Shown in pieces: positions 9,097 through 17,093 of a stretch of 32,000 nucleotides of DNA. The stretch's first letter is position 1. Every line of letters starts with the position of its first letter. The DNA comes from Cupriavidus necator. GTDB taxonomy: Bacteria > Pseudomonadota > Gammaproteobacteria > Burkholderiales > Burkholderiaceae. The DNA lies in contig NZ_CP066019.1 in the NCBI RefSeq assembly GCF_016127575.1, forward strand, positions 1,800,001 to 1,832,000, in the 5' to 3' direction. Position numbers and translations under genes: made by a program. Below the pieces are notes generated by a model. That model made no database searches. It worked only from the letters and a program-made list of their open reading frames with translations, and had not been told where the DNA came from.

Positions 9097-9223
9097 GTGG
9101 GAAACGGGAACAGCGGGAAAAAGCAGGAAGCGCCGGGATGCGCGCGTCGACGCCTGCGCGGCGGCAGTTGCTCACGCAGCGGGAAAAACCAGGAAATGCG
9201 GGAAAGCGCCGAAGCAGGCAGCC
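9097..9223. repeat. Array of G(C/T)GGGAAA motifs with a 19-nt direct repeat
   Basis: CAGCGGGAAAAAGCAGGAA (9111-9129) and CAGCGGGAAAAACCAGGAA (9177-9195) differ at one position. More GYGGGAAA copies lie at 9097-9104 and 9198-9205. AAGCAGG is repeated at 9121-9127 and 9212-9218. Confidence 0.5.
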
Positions 9224-9381
9224 AGGCCTGCGGCGTCATCCACGCCAGGCGTCGCGAACGGCGCTCAGGACGGTAGCAACCGGCGCAGTGCGGAAAGCCC
9301 CGCACCGGTTGTCATGGGTGGCCTGGAGGCCAGCTTCCAGTGCCGGCGCGTTGCGAACGCGGCCGGCCAGGCAGCGGCCAG

Positions 9382-9768
9382 TCAGACCGGCTTGTGGCCC
9401 TCTCCGGTCCCGGAGCCGAAACCGCCTCCGGAAGCCGGTGCCGCAGCCGGCGCGGCCGTGCTTCCGGCGGCCGGCTGGCCTGCCATGGAAGCTGCCGTCA
9501 CGCCGCCATTGCGGCTGGCAATAAATGCGTTGACGTCTGCAGCAAGATGCTGCGGGGCCAGCACGACTTCCAGGCCCAGCGCCTCGCAGGCGGCCAGGAA
9601 CGTCGACATGCGGGGATCGGCCTGACCCGACTCCGCCCGCAGGTAGGCTTCCCGGGAAATCCCCGCTTTACGGGCGACGTCCTCCTGCTTGAGCTTGCGC
9701 GCGCGACGCAACGCCCGCAGTTGCCGGAACGGTTCGCTAGCGCCTCTTGGCACGGCTGTACTGTTCAT
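9382..9768 (-). CDS. XRE-family helix-turn-helix transcriptional regulator with a low-complexity Ala/Gly-rich tail
   Basis: LRALRRARKLKQEDVARKAGISREAYLRAESGQADPRMSTFLAACEALGLEV is a Cro/C1-type HTH. GGAGA lies 6 nt upstream of the ATG. Confidence 0.7.
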   Translation of the reverse strand: MNSTAVPRGASEPFRQLRALRRARKLKQEDVARKAGISREAYLRAESGQADPRMSTFLAACEALGLEVVLAPQHLAADVNAFIASRNGGVTAASMAGQPAAGSTAAPAAAPASGGGFGSGTGEGHKPV

Positions 9769-9987
9769 GTCGGTCTCCAGTCACCAGTGAAAAAAAGTGC
9801 GCGGACGTGCATTCGAGTATAGAGCACGCAAAGCGTTCCGTATGTAACCGCAGAAACACTTTGTGCAGATTTCTTAGAAGTCCGCAATCCCGCCCTGACA
9901 TCGGCCGGTTGGCGAACATCAAAGAGCCGGATCGTGCACAACAACGCTGCACCGCCCAGTCTCTAACGGGCCTTGGCGGTTTGCGTT

Positions 9988-10013
9988 GACGTCACATGCA
10001 TATCCATATGACG
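9988..10013. promoter_or_regulatory. Inverted repeat ACGTCACATG-N6-CATATGACGT in the divergent XRE/TetR intergenic region
   Basis: The 10-nt arms carry one mismatch. The left arm overlaps the palindrome TGACGTCA at 9986-9993. The local region is AT-enriched. Confidence 0.4.
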
Positions 10014-10071
10014 TTATGGCCTCCCGGACACAAGTGCGCAAGTCGGGGCAAATACCATGCATCTGGTTTCG

Positions 10072-10099
10072 TTGACAAACCGACCGGTCGTGCTATTCT
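10072..10099 (+). promoter_or_regulatory. Sigma70-type promoter of the TetR gene; predicted leaderless transcript
   Basis: TTGACA (10072-10077), 16-nt spacer, TATTCT (10094-10099). The ATG at 10107 is 8 nt after the -10, and there is no Shine-Dalgarno sequence. Confidence 0.55.
10081..10090. promoter_or_regulatory. Perfect palindrome CGACCGGTCG in the promoter spacer (candidate TetR operator)
   Basis: The sequence is self-complementary and sits between the -35 and -10 of the TetR promoter. Confidence 0.45.
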
Positions 10100-10106
10100 C
10101 CACACC

Positions 10107-10712
10107 ATGCAGAAAGGACAACTCACCCGCAACGCCATCGTCGAACAGGCACTGGACACCGCTGCCAAGGTCGGCTTCGAACAATTGTCGCTGGCCACGC
10201 TGGCCGCGGACACCAATATGTCGAAGAGCGGCCTGTATGCGCACTTCAAGTCCAAGGAGGTGTTGCAGCAGGCAGTGCTGGACCTGGCCGTTGAGCGCTT
10301 CGGCGAGATCGTGATCCGGCCGGCGATGCGCCAGCCGCGCGGCATGCCACGACTGCAGGGGCTGTTCGAAGGCTACCTGGAATGGCTGGGCGGCACGGTG
10401 ACGCAGGGACGTTGCCTGTTCACGGCGCTGGGCCAGGAATACCGCGACCGGCCGGGCTCGATCCGCGACCTGGTGGTGCAGTCGCTGAAGGATTGGCACA
10501 GCACGGTTGCGCGCGTGGTGGGCGACGCCATCGATGAGGGCCATTTCGGGCCGGATACCGACCCACGGCAATTTGCTTTCGAACTCTCGGGTATCGGCAT
10601 GGCCTTCCAGCAATCGTTCAAGCTGCTCGGCCGCGACGATGCCGAGACCATGGCGCGGCGCGCATTTGCGGCCCTGGTGGCCCGTGCCGCCGAGGGTGCT
10701 CGCGGCCACTGA
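10107..10712 (+). CDS. TetR/AcrR-family transcriptional regulator
   Basis: MQKGQLTRNAIVEQALDTAAKVGFEQLSLATLAADTNMSKSGLYAHFKSKEVL is a typical TetR N-terminal HTH. The ORF-track start at 9996 lies upstream of the promoter and is rejected. Confidence 0.85.
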   Translation: MQKGQLTRNAIVEQALDTAAKVGFEQLSLATLAADTNMSKSGLYAHFKSKEVLQQAVLDLAVERFGEIVIRPAMRQPRGMPRLQGLFEGYLEWLGGTVTQGRCLFTALGQEYRDRPGSIRDLVVQSLKDWHSTVARVVGDAIDEGHFGPDTDPRQFAFELSGIGMAFQQSFKLLGRDDAETMARRAFAALVARAAEGARGH

Positions 10713-10737
10713 TCCACACATTGGCGCCGGCGCAATC

Positions 10738-10775
10738 CCGCCGGCAGGCAGCAACCGCTCCGGCGGACTTTTTTT
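10738..10775 (+). terminator. Rho-independent terminator after the TetR gene
   Basis: CCGCCGG (10738-10744) pairs with CCGGCGG (10760-10766). A run of 7 T follows at 10769-10775. An A run at 10782-10787 makes it potentially bidirectional. Confidence 0.6.
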
Positions 10776-10790
10776 GTACCGAAAAAAGCA

Positions 10791-10800
10791 CGACTGGTCG
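10791..10800. promoter_or_regulatory. Second operator-like site CGACTGGTCG upstream of the hydrolase gene
   Basis: It matches the CGACCGGTCG palindrome at 9 of 10 positions and lies about 85-95 nt upstream of the hydrolase start. Confidence 0.3.
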
Positions 10801-10883
10801 GTCGTAACAACAGCACGGAAAGCCGCCGGCGGGGCCGGTGCCGATGATGCCGTGCCATCCAGAATCCATTGGAGGTGCAGGTC

Positions 10884-11909
10884 GTGACGCAAGCAGTCTC
10901 TTCTCCTTCCCCGGTTTCCTCATCCCGCACCGCCGCGCCCTTGCCCGCGCGCGCCGGCGATGCGCCGCTGCGCCCCGGCAAGTCCGGCGCGGTGGAGCGG
11001 GCCTTGCAGGGCTGGCAGCGGTTGCGCTGGCTGGCGGGCAGCGTGGTCAGGCCCGGCGCGACAGCGCGGGCGCTGGAGCACATCTGGTTCAAGCCGCCGC
11101 GCGCCGCCGCCACATCGGCAGCACGGCGCCTGCTGGACAGTGCGCGCGCCGACTGGGCGCTGGTGACGGGCCAGGGCCCGAGCCGGCGCGTGCGCGTCTA
11201 TCGCTGGGGCAGGTCCGGCCCCGTGGTACTGCTCGCGCACGGCTGGGGCGGACATGCCGGCCAGTGGCATGCGGTTGTCGATGGCCTGCTGGCCGCCGGC
11301 ATGCGCGTGGTGGCCTTCGATGCGCTCTCGCACGGCGCCTCCGATGCCGGCGCACGCGGCGCGGCGCAGACCTCGGTGCTGGAAATGTCGCGCTCGCTGC
11401 TCGCCGCGGCCTGGCACGCGGGGCCGGTGCACGCCGTGGTGGCGCACTCGCTCGGCGGCGCGGCCACCGCGCTGGCGCTGCGTGAGGGCCTGCCCGCCCG
11501 CGCCGCCGTACTGGTCGGATCGCCGGCCGACATGCACGCCGCGTGTGCGTCGCTGGCCTGGCAAATGGGCTTCACGCCCGGCGTGCTGGCACGCATGCAG
11601 CGCCAGAGCGAGCGCTGGCTGGGACTGCCATGGTCGGCCTTCAACGTGCCCGACGTCGGCCGCACCCGGCCGGTCCCGCCAACGCTGGTGATCCATGACC
11701 GCGACGACAAGGAAGTGCGCTGGGAAGACGGTGCCGCCATCGCCGGCGCCTGGCCCGGCGCGCAACTGGTCACGACCAGCGGCCTGGGGCATCGCCGCAT
11801 CCTGCAGGATCCCGGCGTGATCCGGCACATCGCCGATTTCATCCGGCCCGGCACAGCCCCCGCGCGCGCGGCAATCCCGCCAGCGTTGCACGGGCTGGCC
11901 GTCGACTGA
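10884..11909 (+). CDS. Alpha/beta-fold hydrolase
   Basis: VLLAHGWGGHAGQW (oxyanion region), nucleophile elbow VAHSLGGAA, HDRDDKEV (Asp) and GLGHRRIL (His). GTG 10884 is preferred because GGAGG lies 8 nt upstream. TTG 10869 is the alternative. Confidence 0.7.
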   Translation: MTQAVSSPSPVSSSRTAAPLPARAGDAPLRPGKSGAVERALQGWQRLRWLAGSVVRPGATARALEHIWFKPPRAAATSAARRLLDSARADWALVTGQGPSRRVRVYRWGRSGPVVLLAHGWGGHAGQWHAVVDGLLAAGMRVVAFDALSHGASDAGARGAAQTSVLEMSRSLLAAAWHAGPVHAVVAHSLGGAATALALREGLPARAAVLVGSPADMHAACASLAWQMGFTPGVLARMQRQSERWLGLPWSAFNVPDVGRTRPVPPTLVIHDRDDKEVRWEDGAAIAGAWPGAQLVTTSGLGHRRILQDPGVIRHIADFIRPGTAPARAAIPPALHGLAVD

Positions 11910-11923
11910 GCCTGGAGACCATC

Positions 11924-12256
11924 ATGTTCCTGGTGAGCAATGACATGACCGCCACCCTGCCCGCACGCAGTTCGCTGCGGCTGGCGGCGGGCCCCGGCGA
12001 ACACGTCGCCGTGCGCTGCACGGAAGGCGAACTCTGGCTGATCCGCGACGGAGACCCGAAGGATACGGCGCTGACGGCGAGCGAGAGCTTTACGTTGTCC
12101 GACAGCGGCCATATCGAGCTGTATGCCGTCACCACGGCATCGCTGCACGTAACGCGCTGCCGGCAAGGCGCCGGGCCGGCGGCGAGCGCCTGGCGGCAAT
12201 GGCTGCGGCGCTTGCTGGCGCCGCCTGGGCGCGGCTTTACCGGCGCAGGCCGATGA
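11924..12256 (+). CDS. Small conserved hypothetical protein (DUF2917-like)
   Basis: 110 aa, starting 14 nt after the hydrolase stop. LRLAAGPGEHVAVRCTEGELWLIRDGDPKDTAL resembles the DUF2917 pattern. This call is from memory and is not verified. Confidence 0.45.
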   Translation: MFLVSNDMTATLPARSSLRLAAGPGEHVAVRCTEGELWLIRDGDPKDTALTASESFTLSDSGHIELYAVTTASLHVTRCRQGAGPAASAWRQWLRRLLAPPGRGFTGAGR

Positions 12257-12352
12257 TGCGCGGGGCTGGGGGCGCCCCCTGGCTCTGCCAGCCCTGACGC
12301 GGATGCGTGGTCGTGGTCGGGTGCAACTTATGGCGGTTAATTGCGTTTTTCT

Positions 12353-12379
12353 ATAAAAAGCGCGTCCCTTGCGGGGCAC
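12353..12379 (-). terminator. Candidate terminator at the end of the minus-strand uptake operon
   Basis: On the minus strand: GTGCCCC-GCAA-GGGACGC (one mismatch, one wobble, GNRA loop) followed by GCTTTTTAT. It starts 5 nt after the DUF3325 stop. Confidence 0.4.
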
Positions 12380-12384
12380 GTGTC

Positions 12385-12726
12385 TCAGATACGCAAGACA
12401 GCCATCAGCCCGCGTGCGATCGCCTGCAGCCAGCCACGCCGCCAGGTCAGCGTGAACGACACCGCCAACGCTCCCGCCATCATCGCCAGCGCCCACAGCA
12501 GCACGCCAAAGCCGGTGCGGTTGCCCGCCTGCGCGGCCACGGCGCCAAGCGCCACCAGCGCCCAGGCCGCGCAGCGCAGCCGCCGCCGGCCACTGGCGGG
12601 CAGGTCCGCGCCCTGCCCCGACAACTCGGTCCAGTGCCGCTCCGTGGCGCAGGCAAACAGCACGAAAGCGCTGTACGCGCACAGCGCCAGGCCCAGCAGC
12701 AGCAAGTGTTCAAGCGTGATTGGCAC
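12385..12726 (-). CDS. DUF3325-like small membrane protein (iron-uptake associated)
   Basis: 113 aa with 3-4 hydrophobic helices. It overlaps the PepSY gene end by 17 nt. Its position after a PepSY-TM gene is the typical arrangement. Confidence 0.55.
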   Translation of the reverse strand: MPITLEHLLLLGLALCAYSAFVLFACATERHWTELSGQGADLPASGRRRLRCAAWALVALGAVAAQAGNRTGFGVLLWALAMMAGALAVSFTLTWRRGWLQAIARGLMAVLRI

Positions 12727-14341
12727 GGTCCATCTCCTCTAGCGCCTGGCTGCTGGCAGCAGCGGTCCGGGCCTGGCGTGCCGCGTCGACGCGCCGCAGC
12801 CGTCGCGCCGACGCCAGCGCCAGCCCACCTGTCAGCAGCAGCACGATGTCGACGCCGGCCAGGGCAAGGTGGCCGCGCGTCAGCGCCAGCGGCAACCAGT
12901 CGCCGGTGCTCAGGCCGTTGAGCACCGGCGCCGCCAGCGCCAGCGCGGCAATCGCCAGGCATTGCTGGCGCCATGGCACCAGCGTGCGGCTGCCCGGACG
13001 CATCGCCACCCGCGCATGGATCGCGGTGGTCAGCCAGACCAGGAAGAACAGCCCGGCCTCGATAAACTCGCGCGACGGCAGCGTCATCGGCAGCAGCCGG
13101 TTGGCCACCATCATCGCCAGCGTGGCGATGACCAGGCCCGTGGTGGTACCCGCGGTGACCGCGGCCGCCAGCCGCACGCCCTTTTCGCCGTGGCGCGCAT
13201 GGCGCTTGTCGAGCCAGTACAACTGCCCGGTAGCGATCAGCACGCACCCCGCCAGCCCGGCCAGGAAATACAGCCAGCGCAGCGGCCAGTGATCGAACGC
13301 GATGAAGTGCATGCCGGTCAGGAAGCGCTGCGTGGTCGCAGCGGGCTGCAACGGCACGTGATGCAGCAACGCACCGGTGGCGCCGTCGAAGTAGGCGGCG
13401 TCGTCGGCCAGGCTGACGCGGTCGCCCACCGAGCGGCTCACCTTGACCACGGCGTTGGCATCGCCGGGGTTCCACACCCGGATCGCGGCCGGCGCCGCCC
13501 CGCCCCAGCGCGCGCGCGCGGTCTCGACCATCGGCCCCAGCGCGGCCATCGGTGCCGCCACCCCGGCGGGCGGGCGCGAGTAGCCGGACAAGGCCTGGTC
13601 GTAGAAGGTGTTCGGCTGCTGGTACAACGCGCTGATGCCGGCCGGCATCAGGATCATGTAGACAATGCAGACCCCGGAGAACGTAATCACCGCATGGAAC
13701 GGCAGCGCCAGCACGCCGGTCAGGTTGTGCAGGTCCAGCAGGCTGCGCTGCAGCTGCTTGCGCGGCCGGAACGTAAAGAAGTCGCGGAAGATGCGGACGT
13801 GGATGATCACCCCCGACACGATCGCCGCCAGCATCGCCATCGCCGCCAGGCCCACCAGCCAGTAGCCGATGTTCCAGGCGCGCAGGTGCAGGTTGTAGTG
13901 CAGCGGATAGAAGAACGACGACGCGCCCAAGGTGCCCACGTCAGGCAGCAGCTCGCCGCTGCGCGGATCGGCCAGGCGGATCTGCCCGCCCGCGGCGGCA
14001 TAGCGCACGCGCGCGATCATCACCGGGGTGCGCTGCTCGGGCAGCGTGACCGCCCATTCGCGCAGCGGCTTGCCGCTCGCCAGCGCCGCCACGGCGCGCG
14101 GCACCACGGTGTCGATGTCGATCGTGGGCGGCGCTGCGTCCAGGCGCGTGGCCGGCATCATCCAGCGGTCGACCTCGCGGTCGAACACCGCCACCGAGCC
14201 CATGAAGAACGCCACCATCAGCACACCGCCGAGCAGTACGCCAATCCAGGTGTGCGCCCAGGTCATGGCCTGGCGCAGGCCGCCGGCATGTGCATCGGCC
14301 TTCTGTGCGCGGGCCTTGTTATTTCGTGCGGGTCGCGTCAC
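12710..14341 (-). CDS. PepSY-associated TM-helix protein (PiuB/FoxB-like putative ferri-siderophore reductase)
   Basis: The N-terminal LRQAMTWAHTWIGVLLGGVLMVAFFMGSVAVFDREVDRW is the family signature. Conserved-His helices are LHNLTGVLALPFHAVITFSG and GMHFIAFDHWPLRWLYF. The GTG start at 14341 overlaps the upstream TGA (GTGA). Confidence 0.8.
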   Translation of the reverse strand: MTRPARNNKARAQKADAHAGGLRQAMTWAHTWIGVLLGGVLMVAFFMGSVAVFDREVDRWMMPATRLDAAPPTIDIDTVVPRAVAALASGKPLREWAVTLPEQRTPVMIARVRYAAAGGQIRLADPRSGELLPDVGTLGASSFFYPLHYNLHLRAWNIGYWLVGLAAMAMLAAIVSGVIIHVRIFRDFFTFRPRKQLQRSLLDLHNLTGVLALPFHAVITFSGVCIVYMILMPAGISALYQQPNTFYDQALSGYSRPPAGVAAPMAALGPMVETARARWGGAAPAAIRVWNPGDANAVVKVSRSVGDRVSLADDAAYFDGATGALLHHVPLQPAATTQRFLTGMHFIAFDHWPLRWLYFLAGLAGCVLIATGQLYWLDKRHARHGEKGVRLAAAVTAGTTTGLVIATLAMMVANRLLPMTLPSREFIEAGLFFLVWLTTAIHARVAMRPGSRTLVPWRQQCLAIAALALAAPVLNGLSTGDWLPLALTRGHLALAGVDIVLLLTGGLALASARRLRRVDAARQARTAAASSQALEEMDRANHA

Positions 14342-14661
14342 GCCAGCTTCTCCCCCAGCCACCACGCCACGCCGGCGCCGATGGCCGCGCCGGCCGCCAG
14401 CACCAGCCACACGCGCAGCAAGTGCCGCGTCACTAGCGCCCACAGTGACATCATCGGAAACAGGAGGAAGGCCAGCATCGAAAACCAGAGCACGGCCTCG
14501 CTGCGGGCCAGGCCCAGGCGCCAACCGAGCGCGGCGCCGCCGGCGGTGATGCCCCAGACAAAGGCATAGCTGCCCGCCAGCGCGGCCAGCGCGCGGGCGG
14601 TCATGGCCAGCGCGCGCGGGAAGGCGCGGCGCGATGGCAGGGATGAGGGACTGTCGTTCAT
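14338..14661 (-). CDS. DUF3649-like small membrane protein
   Basis: MNDSPSSLPSRRAFPRALAMTARALAALAGSYAFVWG... has three hydrophobic segments. ATG 14661 was chosen because the longer ORF (14706) would start inside the hairpin at 14680-14726. Confidence 0.5.
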   Translation of the reverse strand: MNDSPSSLPSRRAFPRALAMTARALAALAGSYAFVWGITAGGAALGWRLGLARSEAVLWFSMLAFLLFPMMSLWALVTRHLLRVWLVLAAGAAIGAGVAWWLGEKLA

Positions 14662-14679
14662 TGGAATTCTTCGCAACGC

Positions 14680-14726
14680 GCGGCCTTCGTGGTGGTGCAA
14701 TGGCATCGCACCACCACGAAGGCCGC
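14680..14726 (-). other. Perfect 19-bp stem-loop immediately after the receptor gene stop
   Basis: GCGGCCTTCGTGGTGGTGC (14680-14698) and GCACCACCACGAAGGCCGC (14708-14726) flank a 9-nt loop. It lies 5 nt after the TAA stop (14732-14734). No U tract follows on the minus strand. Confidence 0.6.
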
Positions 14727-14731
14727 TGCGT

Positions 14732-17014
14732 TTACATCTTCATGCGCACGGTGAACATGGCCGCGCGCGGCTGGCCCCAGATGTTGCCTTCGCGCGGGTT
14801 GTTGATCCGTGAGTAGTAGCTGCGGTCGAACAGGTTGGTCAGGTTCAGGTCCGCCGACACGTGCTTGTTGAAGTCGTAGCCGATCGCGGCATCGAACGTC
14901 GCATAGCCGCCGCGGCGCAGCGTGACCGCACCAATCGGCGCGGGGAACAGCGCGGTGTTCTGCACATGGCTGACCGCGGTCATGCCGCCACCGATGCGCC
15001 AGCGGTTGAAATCGCCGGGCAGGCGGTACATCGTCCACAGCTTGAACAGGTGCTTGGGGGCAATCGCCGAGAACGGCGTGTTGACCTGGCCGGTGCGGTT
15101 CTGCAGGTCCTGCGTGACGTTGAACGTATAGCCGGCGTAGATGGTCCAGCTCGGCGTGATGCGGCCGCTGGCTTCCAGCTCGAAGCCCTGGCTCTTGGTC
15201 TCGCCCTGCGACACGAAGAACGGATTGCTCGGATTGGTCGTGTTGATATTGTCGAGCGTGGCGCGACCGGTCTCGCGTACCTCGAACAGTGCCAGCGAGG
15301 TGTTCAGCGCGCCCTCGAAAAATTCGCTCTTGACGCCGACCTCGTACTGCTTGCCCTTGATTGGATCGACCAGGTTGCCGCTGGCGGTCAGGTACTCATC
15401 CTGCGGCTGGAAGATCTCGGCATAGCTGGCATAGGCCGACCAGTGTTCGGTGAAGTCGTAGATCAGCCCGGCGAACGGCGTGAACTTGGCGTTGATGTCG
15501 TCGCCCCGGGTCACGCTGGTGGTCGACGTGTACTGGCGCGCGCTGATGTCCCACCAGCTCAGCCGCCCGCCCAGCACCAGCGTCACCGGATCCGCCAGCG
15601 AGAAGCGCGCGTCGCCGTAGACGCCGTACTGCCTGGTCGTGGTGGTGATGCCTGTGCCATTGGGGGTGAAGGTTGGCTTGGCGAAGTCGCTGCGCGGGTT
15701 GAAGATGTTCACGACCTGCGAGAACGGCGAAATGGCATACCGGGGGTCGCGCCGTTCCGAATCGGAAAAATTGAAGCCGACCAGCGCCTTGTGCCGGCGC
15801 CCGAACAGCGAGAACGGCCCGTTGGCGTAGAGGTCGAAGCTGGTCTGCTCCTGCGTGTAGGTCTGCTTGGCCGCGAACAGCGTGGTCGTGTTCACGCCCG
15901 GGATCACCGGCGTATAGGCATAGGCCTGCTCGCGGTTCAGGCGGTTGTTCAGGTAGCGCAGCGCACCCTTGACCTGCCAGCCGCTGTCGAACTTGTGCTC
16001 CAGCTCGGCGAAGGCCGAGGTGGTATAGAAGTGGTCGCGGTTCCAGTCCGCGCCCAGGTAAGTCGAGCGCGGCACGTCGAGCAGGCTGGCCTGGCGCGTG
16101 ACCGGGTTGAAGTAGGCCGGCAGCGTCCACGGCTGGCGGCCTTCCGAATCCTGGTAGCTCGCGCCGACCGTCACCAGCGTGCTGGGCGTGATGTCGTACT
16201 CGATCACGCCATAGAGCGCACTGGTGCGCATATTGGTCTTGTCGATGAACGAGTCCTTGTCCTGGAACGCGCCGGTGATGCGCGCGCGCAGCGTGCCGTC
16301 GGCATTGAGCGCGCCGCCGGCATCCACCTCGGCGCGGTAGTTGTTCCACGATCCCACCGACAGCGCGCCGCCGATCTGGGTTTCTCGCGTCGGGCGCTTG
16401 CGCACCAGGTTGATCGCGCCGCCGGTCTTGCCCGCCCCGGCGAGCAGGCCCGACGGCCCCTTGAGCACTTCCACCCGCTCGATCATCGACAGGTCCGGCT
16501 GCACGGTGTTGCGCCAGTCATACTTGGTCGGCACGCCGTCCAGCATGAAGGTGTCGATCTCCAGCCCGCGCGAATAATAGATCGAACGCTCCTGGTCACG
16601 CTTTTCGACGAACACGCCGGTGGCCTGCATCATCGCGTCTTCCAGCGTGGTCAGGTTCTGCTCGCGGATGCGCTCGGCGTTGACCACGGTGACCGATTGC
16701 GGCACCTCGCGCGCGGTCAGCGGCACCTTGCTGCCAGCGGTAGTAGGCGGGTTGACGGGGTTTTCGCGGGCGCCGTTGACTGTCACCGCCGGCAGCGAAG
16801 GCTCCGGTTGCCGGGCGGGTCTGCCCGCGGGGGCCGGCTGCTCCGCCTGCGTTGCCGACGATGCCGAACCTGTCACGTTTTCCTGTCCGAAAGCCGACGC
16901 GCTGACCATCAGGCCAACGGCGGCCGGGATCCAGCGCATGGCAGCGCGGCACTGCACGGACCCATGCCTTGTTGCCCGCGCGCGTTCGGTCGCGCGTCTG
17001 TTGCTGTGTTTCAT
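14732..17014 (-). CDS. TonB-dependent siderophore receptor
   Basis: Signal peptide MRWIPAAVGLMVSASAFGQ, TonB-box-like LPAVTVNG, plug motifs REVPQSVTVV, IEVLKGPSGLLAG and GGAINLVRKRP, then a long beta-barrel. The start is 17014 (AAGGA upstream) or internal ATG 16939. Confidence 0.9.
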   Translation of the reverse strand: MKHSNRRATERARATRHGSVQCRAAMRWIPAAVGLMVSASAFGQENVTGSASSATQAEQPAPAGRPARQPEPSLPAVTVNGARENPVNPPTTAGSKVPLTAREVPQSVTVVNAERIREQNLTTLEDAMMQATGVFVEKRDQERSIYYSRGLEIDTFMLDGVPTKYDWRNTVQPDLSMIERVEVLKGPSGLLAGAGKTGGAINLVRKRPTRETQIGGALSVGSWNNYRAEVDAGGALNADGTLRARITGAFQDKDSFIDKTNMRTSALYGVIEYDITPSTLVTVGASYQDSEGRQPWTLPAYFNPVTRQASLLDVPRSTYLGADWNRDHFYTTSAFAELEHKFDSGWQVKGALRYLNNRLNREQAYAYTPVIPGVNTTTLFAAKQTYTQEQTSFDLYANGPFSLFGRRHKALVGFNFSDSERRDPRYAISPFSQVVNIFNPRSDFAKPTFTPNGTGITTTTRQYGVYGDARFSLADPVTLVLGGRLSWWDISARQYTSTTSVTRGDDINAKFTPFAGLIYDFTEHWSAYASYAEIFQPQDEYLTASGNLVDPIKGKQYEVGVKSEFFEGALNTSLALFEVRETGRATLDNINTTNPSNPFFVSQGETKSQGFELEASGRITPSWTIYAGYTFNVTQDLQNRTGQVNTPFSAIAPKHLFKLWTMYRLPGDFNRWRIGGGMTAVSHVQNTALFPAPIGAVTLRRGGYATFDAAIGYDFNKHVSADLNLTNLFDRSYYSRINNPREGNIWGQPRAAMFTVRMKM

Positions 17015-17057
17015 TTCCTTCTTACTCCCCTGCTCGGTTGTGAAAATCCAGGCCGTG

Positions 17058-17093
17058 GGACCCGGCTGGCCGCCTGGTCGCGGCCGCCGGTCC
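17058..17093 (-). other. GC-rich stem-loop between the N-hydroxylase and receptor genes
   Basis: GGCCGC (17068-17073) pairs with GCGGCC (17080-17085). Outward pairing extends this to about 14 bp with two 1-nt bulges. Confidence 0.45.

Noticed and set aside
9300-9381. Short GC hairpins (GTGCGG-N6-CCGCAC at 9289-9306; CCGGCGCG-N7-CGCGGCCGG at 9342-9365) considered as a terminator for the XRE gene
   Set aside because: The stems are short or bulged and no U tract follows on the minus strand. They cannot be told apart from background GC-rich self-complementarity.
12268-12279. Perfect 12-bp palindrome GGGGGCGCCCCC, 12 nt after the DUF2917-like stop, considered as a + strand terminator
   Set aside because: It has no room for a loop, giving an effective stem of only about 4-5 bp, and no following T tract. 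It may simply reflect GC-rich sequence.
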